Positions 39,682-63,931 are shown, counted from the first letter of the stretch. The stretch is 64,000 bases of DNA from the human T2T-CHM13v2.0 reference genome, Homo sapiens (GCF_009914755.1 NC_060926.1), one strand, 5' to 3'. The notes: generated from the sequence alone by a model not told the origin. A program made the numbers and translations.

Positions 39682-40250
39682 CTTTAAATTCTATGGTACA
39701 TGTGCACAAAGTGCAGGTTTGTTACATATGTATACAGGTGCCATGTTGGTGTGCTGCACCCATTAACTTGTCATTTACATTAGGTATACCTCCTAATGCT
39801 ATCCCTCCCCCCTCCCCCCACCCCATGACAGGCCCCAGTGTGTGATGTTCTCCTCCCTGTGTCCAAGTGTTCTCATTGTTCAATTCCCACCTATGAGTGA
39901 GAACATGCGGTGTTTGGTTTTTTGTCCTTGCGATAGTTTGCTGAGAATGATGGTTTCCAGCTTCATCCATGTCCCTACAAAGGACATGAACTCATCCTTT
40001 TTATGGCTACATAGTATTCCATGGTGTATATGTGCCACATTTTCTTAATCCAGTCTATCATTGATGGACATTTGGGTTGGTTCCAAGTCTTTGCTATTGT
40101 GAATAGTGCCACAGTAAACATATGTGTGCATGTGTCTTTATAGCAGCATGATTTATAATCCTTTGGGTGTATACCCAGTAATAGGATGGCTGGGTCAAAT
40201 GGTATTTCTAGTTCTAGATTATTTAGGAATCGCCACACTGTCTTCCACAA
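39636..40250 (-). mobile_element. L1PA (PA4-6-like) 3' fragment with (TTA)n tail
   Basis: L1PA 3'UTR, ORF2 C-terminal peptide (LELEIPFDPAI..YKDTCTHMF..KMWHIYTMEYY) and an (ATT)n microsatellite at ~39640-39680. Confidence 0.92.
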
Positions 40251-40577
40251 TTTTTTTTTTTTTTAAGATAGGGTCTTACTCTGTTTCCCAGGCTAGAATG
40301 CGGTGGCATCATAGCTCACTGCAGTCTTAGACTCCTGACCTCAAGCAATCCTCCTGTCTTGGCCTCCCAAAGTGCTGGGATTACAGAATTGAGCCACTAT
40401 GCCCAGCCCATTCAATTAATCCTTCATATGACAAATATATATAAAGTACCTATTATGTGGCAGGAGATATAGTTGTAAACACGACAGGCAAAATAAATCC
40501 TTATTTTCACGTTTGCAATCTAGAGGGGTTAACTCTGCTGGATGCACTTGAATTTGTAGATATGGTAATGAAATTGG

Positions 40578-41613
40578 TGAAACTGCCTTTGCAAAAATTA
40601 TAACTGAGGAAATTATGACAGTGAAAGACATCAGACCTAACTGACTCCATCTTTTCTCTTTTTTTTTTTTTTTAGACAGAGTCTCACTCTGTTGCCCAGG
40701 CTGAAGTGCAATGGTTTGATCTCGGCTGACCACAACCCCCATCTCCTGGATTCAAGCAATTCTCCTGCCTCAGCCTCCCGAGTAGCTGGGATTAGAGGCA
40801 TGTGCCACCACGCCCGGCTAATTTTATATTTTTAGTAGAGACGGGGTTTCTCCATGTTGGTCAGGCTGGTCTCGAACTCCCAACCTCAGGTGATCTGCCT
40901 GCCTCGGCCTCCCAAAGTGCTGAGATTACAGGTGTGAGCCACTGCACCCAGCCTCCATCTTGCTTCTAACCTTTAAGTTGCCCTTCTTCATTCCTGGGCA
41001 AAGGCCGAACTAACCTTGGGAAGAAATTTAGTTTATGCTTCAACTGCGAAACAAAATTGGTAATAGTCCTTTCCGAAAAGACCCCCTTCTTGTCTTGGGA
41101 CCAGTCTGCCTTTGCAGGACTAACAAATTAGCTACAAGATTAGAAATTATGGTTAAGGGGTCATGCAGCCTCTGGCTGCAAGAGTCTGAGCCTCCCCAAA
41201 TTGCTCCTGGGGATAACATCACTGTTGTAAAACCTAAGTTCAGTGCTTGAGATATTTTGCAGATCCTGCACTTGATGGATCAGCTGACACCACCCAGACC
41301 ATAATCTGGCTCAACCAGTTCTGCAACTCCACCCAGGAACAGAAGACAGCAAGAAAAACTCACTTCGACCCCCTATGATTCCATTTCCAACCTGACCAAT
41401 CAGTGCTCCCCACTTTCCAAGCCCCTACCCACCAAATTATCTTTAAAAACTCTGATCCCTGAATGCTTGGGAGACTGATTTGAGTAATAATAAAACTCTG
41501 GTTTCCCATACAGCCGGTTATGCATGAATTACTCTTTCTCTATTGCAATTCCCCTGTCTCGGTAAATTGGCTCTGTCTAGGCAGCGGGCAAGGTGAACCT
41601 GATGGGCAGTTAC
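40578..41613 (+). mobile_element. LTR8-like ERV1 solo LTR with an antisense Alu inserted (~40650-40953)
   Basis: TGAAACTGCCTTTGCAAAA start and GGGCAAGGTGAACC...GGGCAGTTAC end. Alu TSD CTCCATCTT. Confidence 0.82.
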
Positions 41614-42077
41614 CTAGCAAACAGCTAAAGTGGAAACCTCAGAAAAAGACTAGAAGACCAAAAAGACTAAAACAACACAGGTGTGAGTCAGAGTGATTAA
41701 GACATTTAGAAAAAATGAAAGAATTATACTCCTATTTGCTGTGTGATCTTGAGCAAATGACAACCTCTTAGTCTCAGTCTCCTTATCTAAAAAATGACGA
41801 TAGAGACTTATAGTGAGAAATAAGTGAGATAATATGAATTAGGCTTTTCACACAGTGCCTGCTCATATCACTTGCTCAATAAATACTGGCTGCTACTACT
41901 TTTATCCCAGGAGCACCAAGAGGAGAAGAGCCCTTGGTATGGGCATTTTGACCACATGAACTGTTCAGCCTGGTGTCAGAAATGGGAATGTGGAGAGAAG
42001 CAGGGTTTCCATTCTGTAGAGGCTATGCCCATGGATGTCACCCAAGTCCTAATATTTCCAAAAGAAACCATACCTAG

Positions 42078-43578
<1,501 letters not shown>

Positions 43579-45129
43579 TTAGTCAAGAAGATCCCCAAAT
43601 CCCAGGATCTTGAAAACTTCACCTCCTGAGCTTCATCATACCATCAGCCCACACGCACACTCATTTCTCCGTCTACCCTCACCATTCCTGATCTTGAAGA
43701 ACTTTCTCCAAGGCCAAGGACAGAGTTCTATAAACAAAGTGGTAAGTGAGAGCGAATATCCACATGCCCCAAACTGGGCCCCTCCCCACACTTGAGAGAC
43801 CACTAAATGAAATGGCCTTACTGTGTAAAAACCAGGGAGGGATAGGAGATAATGGACAAATAGCAGACCAACTGTAACTTCTGCTCATCTAAGATGATCA
43901 GACCAGTAACATAAACAGAAGAGGAATGATTCTATGAGTCCCAACTCCAGGCCCTCAGGCCGTTATTCTCCATAGGCCTTAGAGCACAAATGAGCTGCAC
44001 ATAGCATGTCCTCTGTTATCAAACAGGCCAGCCAAGAGATGGCCTCTCTCAGCTGGCTGAGCTCAGGTACCTTGGAGCTAAAAACATTCACTATCTCGCT
44101 GCAGTCTAAAGCTTGGAGCAATTCCTTTTAGTCGATGTACTAGAAGGCAAAGGTCAGGCAGACAATTCTAGGTACCCTCTGTAAGCATTTGGCAGAGATC
44201 TCTGAGCATGGACCTGTGCCTAACTGTTCAAGCATAAAGGAAGAGGAGAAAACTAGTCCCAGGCAACAGGCCTCCACATTCTCCATCACTCTTCTGCTCT
44301 TCCAGTGGCTCTGAAGTTGGTGGGAGCATTGCGTTGTATCCTGCCCTTCCAGTCTACTATAAATCATATTAGATGGTTCTATGGCCTACTTTGTAGCCCA
44401 GTGAAACAGCAAAACCTACCAGGTGTGTATCACCTTATATATTTCCTTGCCTCTGTTCCCCTGTGGATGAAACCGGACTTACCTGAACTAAACAGATTAT
44501 ATTATAAAAACTTCTGGGAAGTCTCAAAAGAGTATTATCATGTTCATTTAAATGATCTTATAGTTGCTACAGACTTTGCTTTTTGAATGCAGAATATGCA
44601 TTGATTTTTTTCATATCCAAAGCTCTAGGGGTCTCTTTATTAGCATACTTTAACTATTGTGTACTCTAATTAAATGTGAATATAGCCTTAATCTAACTGA
44701 CTCCCTTGATATTACCCCAATCAGAGATCATGAAACATAGTTATAGCGCCCATGTATTGAGTGTCTACTATGCACAGGTCAGGAAATGTGTCAGGGACTT
44801 TACATATGTTATTTTGGTCCACCTTCACAAAGGATTTGTAGAATTAGCTTCAGTTTACAGCTGCTGAATCTAAAATGCAAAAAGGACAAATTACACAAGA
44901 GCACAGGTGCAAGTGGCAGAACTCAAATGTACACTCAGCTACGTTCTGGCTCCAAATCCAGTGACATGACATCCTTCTTTGTCTGAGTAGGAACAGTCAT
45001 AAAAATATTGGAAGGAATTCATGGAGCCTTCTTTAAATAAAAGGCTCATGGTGTCCACAAGATGATCCCACGCTACTCCACCCCAGTGACACCTTGTCTG
45101 GGGTGTTGTGAACACTTGTAAAAGCCACA

Positions 45130-46169
<1,040 letters not shown>

Positions 46170-47589
46170 TAACTCTTACTGGGTAGAAATATCAATAGGT
46201 AAAAATAAAAGGGAGGCAGATTTCAGGGCAGAGTAAGAAAAGCTGTCCTGAGTCCCCAACAATGAGGTAGGTGTCAGGAAGAAGTGAGTCCCTGGCAGTG
46301 GGAGGGTTCCATTGGTGGCTGACTGACCCCCTCCCTGACACATTCCACAAGGGATTCCCTCATAGGAGAGGAGGTTAGCATAAGCACTGTCTACCAGCAC
46401 AGATGCTGAAGTCCTAGAGTCTTGGACCTCATCTTCGACAGAGTGAACAAAAGTTCTCTGAAAGAAGGGCGTTTTTCAGTAATGCTGTTCAGCTCTTCCA
46501 GTGTGCTACTGTCCAACAATTCAATATTGCTGTCCAGTCTGCAGGGAAGAAGGCAAGGGGCAACTTAATCCCAACTAAGTAACATCCACTTACCTTTAGC
46601 AGGTAAGTGAAACCTCCCCAACCCATTGTTAATAAAAACTTGGGTGAGGGAGAACTTACTGGGTAGAAACTGTAGCATCCAGAACTTAAGAGTTAGCTGT
46701 GCCAGCTGCCAACAATTTTTGGACAGAGAAATGTTTGTAGGAATCCATTCTATCATTGCTCTGCACCATAAATTCCGGAGAGCACCCTTTCTTATCTGCT
46801 CAGCCTTGCCTCTTAAGAATGGTTGACTGCTCATCAACGATTCATTCTGAGAGAATAAGGAAGAATGCTCTTGTTTTCTATGACAAAGCCTCCATTTTCT
46901 ATTTTCATGCTGAGGCAAGTAGCTGCAAGCCTGAGAGATTTATTATTTTATGACTTATGCCAATTTTGGAAGCTTGCAACTTTGAATCAAACTAGGAATG
47001 TGAAAAAAAGGGAAAAAAATTGTACAAACCTAGCAAGCCAGTGTGGAAAACTCCGGAGATAAAAAATATATCTCCTTTGACCAAATTATTCAAGTTGGAA
47101 ACATCCCACCTCACAGATCAATTGCCCATTTAATCATAATGCCTTATAGCCACGTGGCACTTCAGGGACAGCTTACAAAGCATGTTCTTGTTTATTATCT
47201 TCTAGCCCTCCCAGCAGTCCTCTGCAGTGGGTATGGCTCGTGCTATAACAGAGGAGGTGTTGGACTATGAACCAAAAGAATCAGGCTCTATCTCCAGCCA
47301 CCTCTTTAATTGATGTCTTTGGGCAATTTCACTTAAGCTCTCAACCTCATTTTTTTCTTCTGGCCAAAGGAACTGAAACACCCAGAGGCAGATGAAGCTC
47401 ACAAAGCTTCAGCTTCAGAGCCTGCCACTTGCACAGGTTGTGAACCTAATTTTGAATTCACGGTTTTGTGTTCTTGTCCTTAAAAAGGGCTCCCCGAATT
47501 ACAATTTCAGGCCACACAAAACCTAGATCCACCTCTTAATAAAAGTATACCTCCTCAGCCTAATTCTAGGAAGCCAAATTACGACAGGT

Positions 47590-48044
47590 GTCTCTATGAT
47601 CTCAGCTCTGCCCAATGGCCTGTGTTGGTCCTATGGCTCCTCATGTCACAGGTGAACTCTGTTGGTGCCTCTCCTTGATGGCTGCAAAGGGCTCACAGCT
47701 GGCCTCTTCTCCAGAGAATGCCCTCAGCTGCACAAGAGGCCCTCATCCTGGAGTGTACACCACCACTCCCATCCAGGATAGCCAACCAACTCCTGATTGA
47801 CGGGGAGTGATCCCCTATACACAAGGCTGCACCCCTGTCTGAAGGTCAGAGCAACTCTGTGGTGCAAGTCATGTCCTTAGGGGCCAGACTGAAGCTAGAC
47901 TCCATCTGGGATCACATTCTTGCTTGGTTCCTTCCCATGTCTCATCCTGTTTCACACACCCCTTTCTGCTACACCGCTGCCCCATTAACATGTGCACCTG
48001 AACCCTCACCTGGGGATCAGCTTCTAGGGCACCCAACCTGAGAC
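47590..48044 (+). mobile_element. LTR16-like ERVL LTR
   Basis: Degraded similarity, ending CTTCTAGGGCACCCAACCTGAGAC. Confidence 0.55.
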
Positions 48045-48750
48045 GTAGAATGATAAGAAGAGTGCCATTTATTTCCTATGTTGAAGACTGTCTGGTTCAC
48101 TTTCAAACATAGTCAAAGAGCCATAAGCCTCCAAAACCCCTTGCAGCTCAGTCTATGGTGGAGATGGGTGTATATATATGTTCCTCAGCCAGCAACTTGG
48201 TCTGAGACCCATCCTGTGCCCCAAAGTCCACGGTTAAGAGTTCTAAGTACATTAGGAACAAGTACATTTGGGAGGGTGAAGGTGGAAGAGCTGACTGTTT
48301 TGTGATACCCTACACTGTGACCAACCACCCTAGTGTCTTCTCAGAATCTTTAGCTTTGGGTGTTAGGAAGGACACCAAAAGACGAGAAAAGAATGAACAG
48401 TAGCATCGTGTCACTTTCATTCTCTTGGCACCTTCTACCTGCAGGAGATTTATAGCTAGTTCTTTGTGCTGGCTAAATAGAGGAATCAAAGAGCTCTCCA
48501 ATGTTGTCTGTCAGTTTAGAGAGAGGCAGAGTTTAGGAGTAAAGGGATTTACAGCCTGCTTCTGTCTCACCTCGTACTCAGTTTGTGGCTTTAAAATGAA
48601 TTAATCATTCATTGCCCTTTAGCACTCCCATGTATGGCATGCAGGTTTACTTCCACATCTCACAAAGACCAAAGATCCCGAAAAGGATCATCATAACAGC
48701 AAGACTGCCATCCATAAGAGAGACATAATTTTTAAAAATTAAAAAAGATA

Positions 48751-49807
<1,057 letters not shown>

Positions 49808-50211
49808 TCACCCAGATGGGGCTCCCAATGCCCGATCCAAACCTTAGCAGAGCCACGGATATCTCTTTATGCAGAACCATTGGTTTTCTGAGCCAGCAGC
49901 TTCCTGTAGACTCTTGGAACTGATCTAAGGATATGGGAGCCTTGAACTTGAGCAGGGAGCAAAATAACTGTATGTGGCTTTGGTTAAATTGCTTGCTGTC
50001 CATTCCCTCATGTCTCCTTTACTCATCTTTCAAGGCTGATATCAGATTCAGATTGAAGCACTATGCATGAAACTGCTCTGATGTAAACTGTAAAGTAACA
50101 AATGTAAATGTAAGACAGTGGTAACTGTGGAATAAATACCAAAGAGGGCGAAGAGGAAAGCTCTTCAGAATTGGAAGTTCAGTCTCACAATGCACGTAGA
50201 GCCTTCCCTAC

Positions 50212-50566
50212 TGTATTAGTCGGTTCTCACACTGCTATGAAGAAATACCGGAGACTAGGTAATTTATAAAGGAAAATATTTCAATTGACTCACAGTTCTG
50301 CATGGCTGGCGAGGCCTCAGAAAAACTTACAATCATGCAGAAGGCACCTCTTCACAGGGCGGCAGGAGAATGAGTGCCCAGTGAAGCGGGGAAGCCCCTT
50401 ATAAAACCATCAGCTCTTGTGAGAACTAACTCACTATCACAAGAACACAATGGGGAAAACTGCCCCCATGATTCATTTATCTCCACCTGGTTTCGCTCAC
50501 ACACGTGGTGATTATGGAACTACAATTCAAGATGAGATTGGTTGGGAACACAACCAAACCATATCA
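50212..50566 (-). mobile_element. THE1 (C-like) MaLR solo LTR
   Basis: TGTATTAGTC...AAACCATATCA termini and 5-bp TSD CCTAC. Confidence 0.9.
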
Positions 50567-51328
50567 CCTACCGTTGAGGGGGAGGTGAAAAGAGTCCCAT
50601 GCCCAGTGTTCCTGGCAAGAATGAATCTGTGTCTATAGGAGTGTGCACCTGTAGTCTCCCTATCACAAGCAACTGCACGTGGCCCATCTGTATTACTGTT
50701 CTCTGCAGTGACCTCTGGTTCCAATTACCTTTCCAGCTCCCTGTCCTTCCATGAACCCTGGTAGCACTGGCTGGGGCCCTGTTTGTTCTAGTCTCTTCCC
50801 CAGGACAGATGGATACTTGAATAAACATGTTGGATACAAATAGCGCACCCAAACTCTCCTTAGAAATCTCATTTTGTGCCCTGCATGTTCAGCCCAGATA
50901 GAATCTCCACAGACCAGACCAGCTGGATCAGACTCAGCTCTACCCTAGCTTAGTGGTTTGGACCACAGGTCCTCCTGTGGAGGAGGGGTCTCCAGCCACT
51001 TTCCCCAGCTCTCTCCCCTCCACTCTAAGTCAACATTGGTTCCAATTACCTCCCTCCTCCTCATTAGGAGCCCACAGTACTGATAATGACCATTTTAAAT
51101 ATCTTTTTCTAAAAATATCACCAAAAACAAGAAAGGCACAAGATAGAAGGCTCAAAGAAAATACGAAACATGTAGCTTTAAATTTTTCATCCTTCAAAGG
51201 AAGGACCAAAGATAATTAAAATATTAGTGAAGGAAGTACAGGTAGATAAAAATAGGTATTTACATATATGCTGCCCCTTTGGGGGGGACTTTCAATTTTA
51301 AAAACTTAGCTGATAAAAACGATAAAGC

Positions 51329-52007
<679 letters not shown>

Positions 52008-52050
52008 TATTGATGATTTTATAGTGTATAAATATTGTTGATGTACTGGG

Positions 52051-52972
52051 TGTGATGGTTAATTTTCTGTCAACCTGACTGGGTCACAGAGTACCCAGAT
52101 ATTGGTCAAACATTATTTTGGATGTGAGAGTGTTTTTGGATAAGATTAACATTTAACTTGATAGACTGAGTGATATGGTTTGGATCTGTGTCCCTACCCA
52201 AATCTCGTGTTGAATTGTAATCCCCAGTGTTAGAGGTGGGGCCTGGTGGGGAGTGATTGCATCAATGGGCAGATATTCACCTTTGGTGCTGTTCTCATGA
52301 TAGAGTTCTCAGGAAATCTGGTTGTTTAAAAGTATGTGGCATCTCCTCCCTCTCTCTTGCTCCTGCTCTGGCCAGGTAAGATGTGCCTGCTTTCCCTTCA
52401 CCTTCCACCATGATTTTAAGTTTCCTGAGGCCTCCCTAGAAGCTGCTATGCCTCCTGTACAGCCTGCAGAATGGTGAGCCAATTAAACCTCTTTTCTTTA
52501 TAAATTACCCAGTCTTGGGTATTTCTTTATAGCAGTGCAAGAATGGACTAATACATTGAGTAAAGCAGATTCTCCTGTCTGATGTTCAATAAGTTGAAAG
52601 ACTGAAGAAAACAAAAGTTTGACCCTCCCCTAAGTAAGAGAGAATTCCTCCTGCCTGACTGCCTTTGAACTGGGACATTCGTTTTTCCTGCCTTCAGACT
52701 CAAACTGAAACGTCAGTTCTTCTTGGGTCTCAAGCCTACTGGCCTTCAGACTGGAACTACACTATCAGCTCTTCTGGTTCTTAGGCCTTTCCACTTTAAC
52801 TGGAACTACATCACCGACTCTCCTGGGTCTCTAGTTTGCTGAATCACCCTGCAGATCTTGAGACTTGCCAGCCTCTAAAACTGAGTGAGCCACTTTCTTT
52901 ACACACACACAAACACACACACACACACACATCCTACTGGTTCTGTTCCTCTGGAGAACCCTGACTACCACA
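52051..52972 (+). mobile_element. MLT2 (ERVL) LTR with a nested MSTA-like LTR (52171-52555)
   Basis: TGTGATGGTTAATTTT start, TSD CTGGG/CTGGA. Nested TGATATGGTTTGG...GACTAATACA with TSD (C/T)TGAG. Confidence 0.85.
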
Positions 52973-53187
52973 CTGGATCATCCTCAAATAAAACAGGTAT
53001 TAAGCTGTTGGACCAGAGTAAGATTTGTTTTCTCCTGCAGTCAGAACTCAACCTACTGACCTCTAAAATTCATCATTCTTGTAGCACCAACGATGACTAC
53101 AGCCCAAAACTTAGACTATCCAAGCATCTGGAACTGAGATTCATAGTTTGTTTAGTGGGAAGTCCCGACTTCTTTTATCTTGACTAT

Positions 53188-53572
53188 TGTGTTAGTCCAT
53201 TCTCACATTGGTATAAAGAACTACGTGAGACTGGGTAATTTATGAAGAAAAGAGGTTTAATCGACTCACAGTTCTGCATAGCTGGGGAAGCCTCAGGAAA
53301 CTTACAATCATGGCAGAAGGTGAAGAGGAGAAGCAAGGCATGTCTTCTCATGGCTGGAAAGCAGAAAGGGAGAGAGAGCCAATTGGGAGGGGCTATGCAC
53401 TTTTAAACAATAAGACCTAAACACCCAGATCTCACGAAAACTCACTATCACGAGAGCAGGAAGGGGCAAATCCACCCCCACAATCCAATCATCTCCTACC
53501 AGGTCTCTTCCCCAACATTGCAAATTACATTTCATCAAGATTCGGGTGAGGACACAGAGCCAAACCATACAA
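53188..53572 (-). mobile_element. MST/THE1-type MaLR solo LTR
   Basis: TGTGTTAGTCC...CCAAACCATACA termini, TSD ACTAT. Confidence 0.88.
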
Positions 53573-53970
53573 ACTATTAAGAAATATGATTAACCATTTA
53601 AGTCAAGTCTGGCAAATAAAACAGGTCATCGAGTGGGTAACATGTTTTGGGACCCAAAATCCTACAGTCTGTATAGTGAAAGGATGTAGGGCCTCTGACT
53701 AAAATGGCCATCAGGGGTTTTGCTAGAGCTGGCTGGTTATAAACGTGGAGAGCAGAAGGTATATCCTGTCAGAGAGCAAGAGTGACCAGTGAGAGAAGAG
53801 GAGGAGGGAACTTCATGTGGGCCAAAAGCTGGAATTGCCACAGTTACTCTCCTACTTAAAATTCTTCTTTGGTTTCCCCTTGTCAATGGGGAAACTTCAA
53901 TTTCCACTGCCCATTAACGTGACACACAGGGTTTGGCTCAGCCCTATCTCTCTCATTTTTAAATGTTTAA

Positions 53971-59049
<5,079 letters not shown>

Positions 59050-60381
59050 TTATTCGGACGGCACCAGTTTTTCCACTAATGTTCTTTAGTCCAGGATTCC
59101 ATGTTGCATTGAACATTAATACATTTCAGTAAAACAATACAGTGAAGTCACAGGATAACACATGATAATTGATTATCAGATGCAGATGGTGAAAAGAGCT
59201 TTGCCTCAGGTCAGGAGGGCCTAACACTCATCTCAGCAGTGAAGGGACGCAAGTCGCGCCCGCAGGGGTGTGAGGTTGTTTCACACAGCGTTGGGGCAGG
59301 CATTCCAGCTCTCAGTAAGAACTAATATGGTTCAATGTACGCTAACTCCCCCAAGGAATCTGCAGTTCACATTAGGCAAAGGGTATAAAGCTCTAATTAT
59401 GAACTCCGCAGCCAGAGTGGACCATGAAGTTGAACATTTCCACAAAGAAGAGGAGAGACTTACTTTCCCATGCTCTGAAGTCACACTTCCTGCCCTGTAC
59501 TCTAGGAGCGATGCGAAGCCTCAGGACTCAAGCTTATTTCTGAAGCAAGGTCTCAAGTCAAAAAAAAGAAAAAGAAACATTTAGACTTGCCCCTTCTGAG
59601 GAGTCGCTATTCTGTGCCTCTCTAGGGGCCACCTTTGCTCAGAGGCTCCGTTAGGCTGGTGAAGCAGGGGGCTACAGTGGGAGGGAGAAAGGCTGAACAT
59701 TCCTCAGCGTCGGCGTCGGCGTCCATGGGGGGCTCTGAGCGATGGCCTTCTCCGCTTGCAAGGTCATTGGTCTTTGAGCCGGACTCGCTGCCTAAGGCAG
59801 GCTAAGACTGGCATATTAGCATTCCATCTACATTTAACTTGGAATAAATTCTAGATTTAGCCCTGCAGCTAGGATGGAATTTTTCCCCTTCCGCTGCCCT
59901 CCCGCTTCCTGCCTTAGAGCTGGGTCTGGGGTGAGGCAGATGAGGGGCTAACAGCGTAACATGCAGAGAGGCTCTTGCACCACCGTGAGAGTGAGCGCAT
60001 GTCTCCTACAATTTTTCCACTCTAGGTCCTTTGCTTGTCACACAGCGTGGTTACCTCTTCCTCACCTGCAGCTTCAGCCCCACTGTGTTGTCATAATGAC
60101 TTAGCACCTACAAAATGAAAAGAGGGCCAAAAAAACCCCCCAAAACGTCTAGCTTCCCCCTCAGTTAAGTGTTCAAAGTGTCCTAACTTCCAGCTTTGAA
60201 ATAGGACTGAAGATGAACCATGCTCCTGGCACCCCCTGTTGAGAGCCCAAGTTCAGCAGATTGCGGCCATGGGGGACTGAAAATGGAGCCCTGGACAAAG
60301 ACACTTGCTGGGTGACCCAAGGCAAGGTACACTTTGACTGGCACATCTATTGAATGAGTATATTAAGAGTTTGGGGTTTTA

Positions 60382-61034
<653 letters not shown>

Positions 61035-62334
61035 GACCCTCTCAGATTTCCGACTCAGAAATGTAAACAGTGGAAAGAAGGCGAGAGAGCAGGCTAGTAG
61101 TCTCCAGAGAGATCTAATTGGCGGATAACAGAACTATAAGGGTTATTCTTCTGCCTCCAGATTACCTGGACATCCAAGCAGGGCTAGCAGCTCAGAATTG
61201 CCCCCAAGCACTTCAGTCTTAATCTTCTCATATGAAAAATAAAGGAATTTTGATTAGTGAATGGTTATCAACCATGACTATTCATTAGCATCACAAGGAG
61301 GCTTTGCAAACATCAGTGCCTGAGCCCCACCTCTAGAGATGCTATTGAATTAGTCAGGCCTAACCACTAGTCCTTTTCAAACTCCCCAGATGGTTCTACT
61401 CTACTGCCAGGCTTGAGAACCTCTGTGATGGGTGATGTCTCAGATTCCCTCGCTGACACACTATGATCCTGAGAGATAATAGTTAACTGCTTTTTGACTT
61501 GGCTTCTCTGGACAGAACCCAATTCAAACATTCCCATTAAAATGACCAAAAGTGTAAAGAAAGGTAAAGGGTCTTTAATTAAGTCTCTGGCCCCCTGGAA
61601 GAAGGAAGCTGGGGAAAAGACAGCCATGAGGGCAAGGTTAATGGTACATTTTTAAGTAAAAACGGCTCCAGAGACTCACAGCCACAGTGGCAGCTAAAAA
61701 GTCAAAATTAAGTTTCTCTATGTGCTCTGGCCCAGCCTAGGGGCATGGCCTTGTAGCCCTGATCACTATGCAGTTATTCAGCCGCCCTCCCAGGCGGGTG
61801 CAGGCCCTTGGGTAATCAGCCGACAATCTCAAGTTGACCTCCTGGGAGGCCACCAAAGCCAATTAAACTAGAGGTCACCTGGGTTCGGCAAGAATGGTGG
61901 CCAGCCTAGGCTTCACTGAGCAGCAAGTGAACAGTAGGCTGCAGTGAGTACAGTAGGTGTTAGAGCCTCAGCAAGCTGATCACATGCTGAGCACAGTAAA
62001 AGCCTGAAAGGCCCATGGAAGATTGGGCAACAGTGGATTGCAGGACCAAAGTCTCAGGGCAGAAGTTCATCTAGTACCTCACAGTAGATATTCCTAATCC
62101 AGCTGCCCAGTGCATTACACAGGGCAGGCTCTTTTCCAGGGCATAAAGGTGTTTTTTCTGTTGTTTTTTGTTTTTAATTCCCCTCCTGTTTTCTTTAGTT
62201 TTGCTTTTGTTTTTTTATTTCTCTCTAGACTTTCCATGTACACTATGAATGCCAAGTGCTGTGAATACCAACCCATGCTTTCAAAGAGCCTGCTGCCTCA
62301 GAGCATGTGATGTGGAACTTTCTGGTGGCCTCGG

Positions 62335-62465
62335 CGTGGAGGTTCTCAACCTCAGCTGCACACTGTGTTTAGTTGGTCTGGAGCGAGATCTAGGCATCAG
62401 TATATTTTTTAAGCTCCCCATGTGATTGTAATATGCAGCCAAGAATAAAAAAAAAAAACACTGGG
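62335..62465. mobile_element. MER5-like hAT MITE (similar pieces at ~57050-57190 and ~61250-61425)
   Basis: GGTTCTCAACCT...CTAGGCATCAGTAT.TTTTAAGCTCCCCA.GTGATT.TAATATGCAGCCA motif. Confidence 0.6.
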
Positions 62466-63422
62466 CTAGGTCATTCCTGGCCGAGGTGAGGAGGTGGTGA
62501 GATGGATTGGAAGGGGACCATGGCAAGGATTCTTAGGGGTGTCAAGGAGGAGATGAAAGGAGGACTCAGACAAGGGGATCTGGCAAGTTTTCAGAAATCA
62601 CCTGCTGATGCCTTTTAAAGCTAATGCCATTATTGAATCTTAGTCATCCATTCATCCTCTACTCACCAGTGACTAATATTGATGTGTTTTAGACATATAA
62701 AGATGAATTAAGACCCAGTCCCTGCCCTTAGGCGGCACACAGTAGGAGAGACAGACTCATGAACACATGGTGGTGTAATCAAAGTTAGTCATGGACTGTA
62801 TATGTACTCAATTCTGGGGCCCACAGGGCACCCCATTCTGTGGGTAAGGGGCAAGCTCACCCCAATGTCAGGCATACTAGGAAGAGGCTAAAGCTAAAAT
62901 ATCCAATGAGAGCCTGCAAGGAGGGCCTTGGACAGGGGAAAGACAAGAACTTCTTGGGCTTTCTGGGCTTCCTCTCCAGAGCCTGTGTCCTGAGAAGTCT
63001 GTGAAGTAGGTACACTCAAGGTTACTCTACTGGACAACTCCGGGGGTGTCATTCATTTGTATTTTATGAAAACACTGCCCACTAGAGTTGTGCACCTAGA
63101 TGGCATTGCGAGTGTGGTAAGAGAAGCTGACTCTGACCAGAGGGCTCCGGAAGGTGCCTCTGCCGTTTGATAAGGAAGCTCCTATGAGAAACACGGGAAC
63201 AGATCTATGCCTGTGGGCTCTGAGAACAGCCACATCCAGAAGCCAGGCAGAAGATCCTCTATTTTTCTTTCCGGTTTTCCCAGAGCCTTCAGTGAAGTAG
63301 AATTAAGAACAAGTCTGTGGCCACCCTTTGGGCTGGCATGGTTCCAGACACTGGCATCCTCTAGGGCCAGGGTAGTTGTGGCATCCCCAGAACTGCAGAG
63401 AGGCTCACCACAGCATGGGCAG

Positions 63423-63783
63423 GGCTATGGTTTGCACGTGTCTCCCAAAATTTCATGTGTTAAAAACTTAATCCTCAATGCAACAGTGTTGGGAGGTGGG
63501 ACCTAGTAAGAGGTGACTGGGTCAGGAGAGCAAAGCCCTCATGAATGGATTAACATCATTATTAAAAGAGTGGGTTGTTACAAAGCAAGTCTGGCTCCTG
63601 GTGCCTGTTGGTCTTCAGTGCTCACTTCTGCCTTCACCCTTCCACCATGGGATGACCCTCACCTATTGTCAGTGGCATGCTCTTGGATTGCCCAGCCTCC
63701 AGAACTATAAACTGAATAAATCTCTTTTCTTTTAAGTTATACTGTGGTTTTCTGCTGAAGCAGCAGCACAGTGAACTAAGACA
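63423..63783 (+). mobile_element. MSTD/MLT1A-like MaLR solo LTR
   Basis: GCTATGGTTTG start, GAACTAAGACA end, TSD GGCAG. Confidence 0.8.
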
Positions 63784-63931
63784 GGCAGTGACCCAGAGGG
63801 ATGAGGTCCCATGACTGAGACCTCACCCAATCACCCACAGAAATATACTAGATGGAAGGGAGGCTAGAAAGGGGAGTTGAGGTCCTGCCACCATGCTGGT
63901 GGGGATGTGTAGCCCATGGGCTTGGGTTTAA

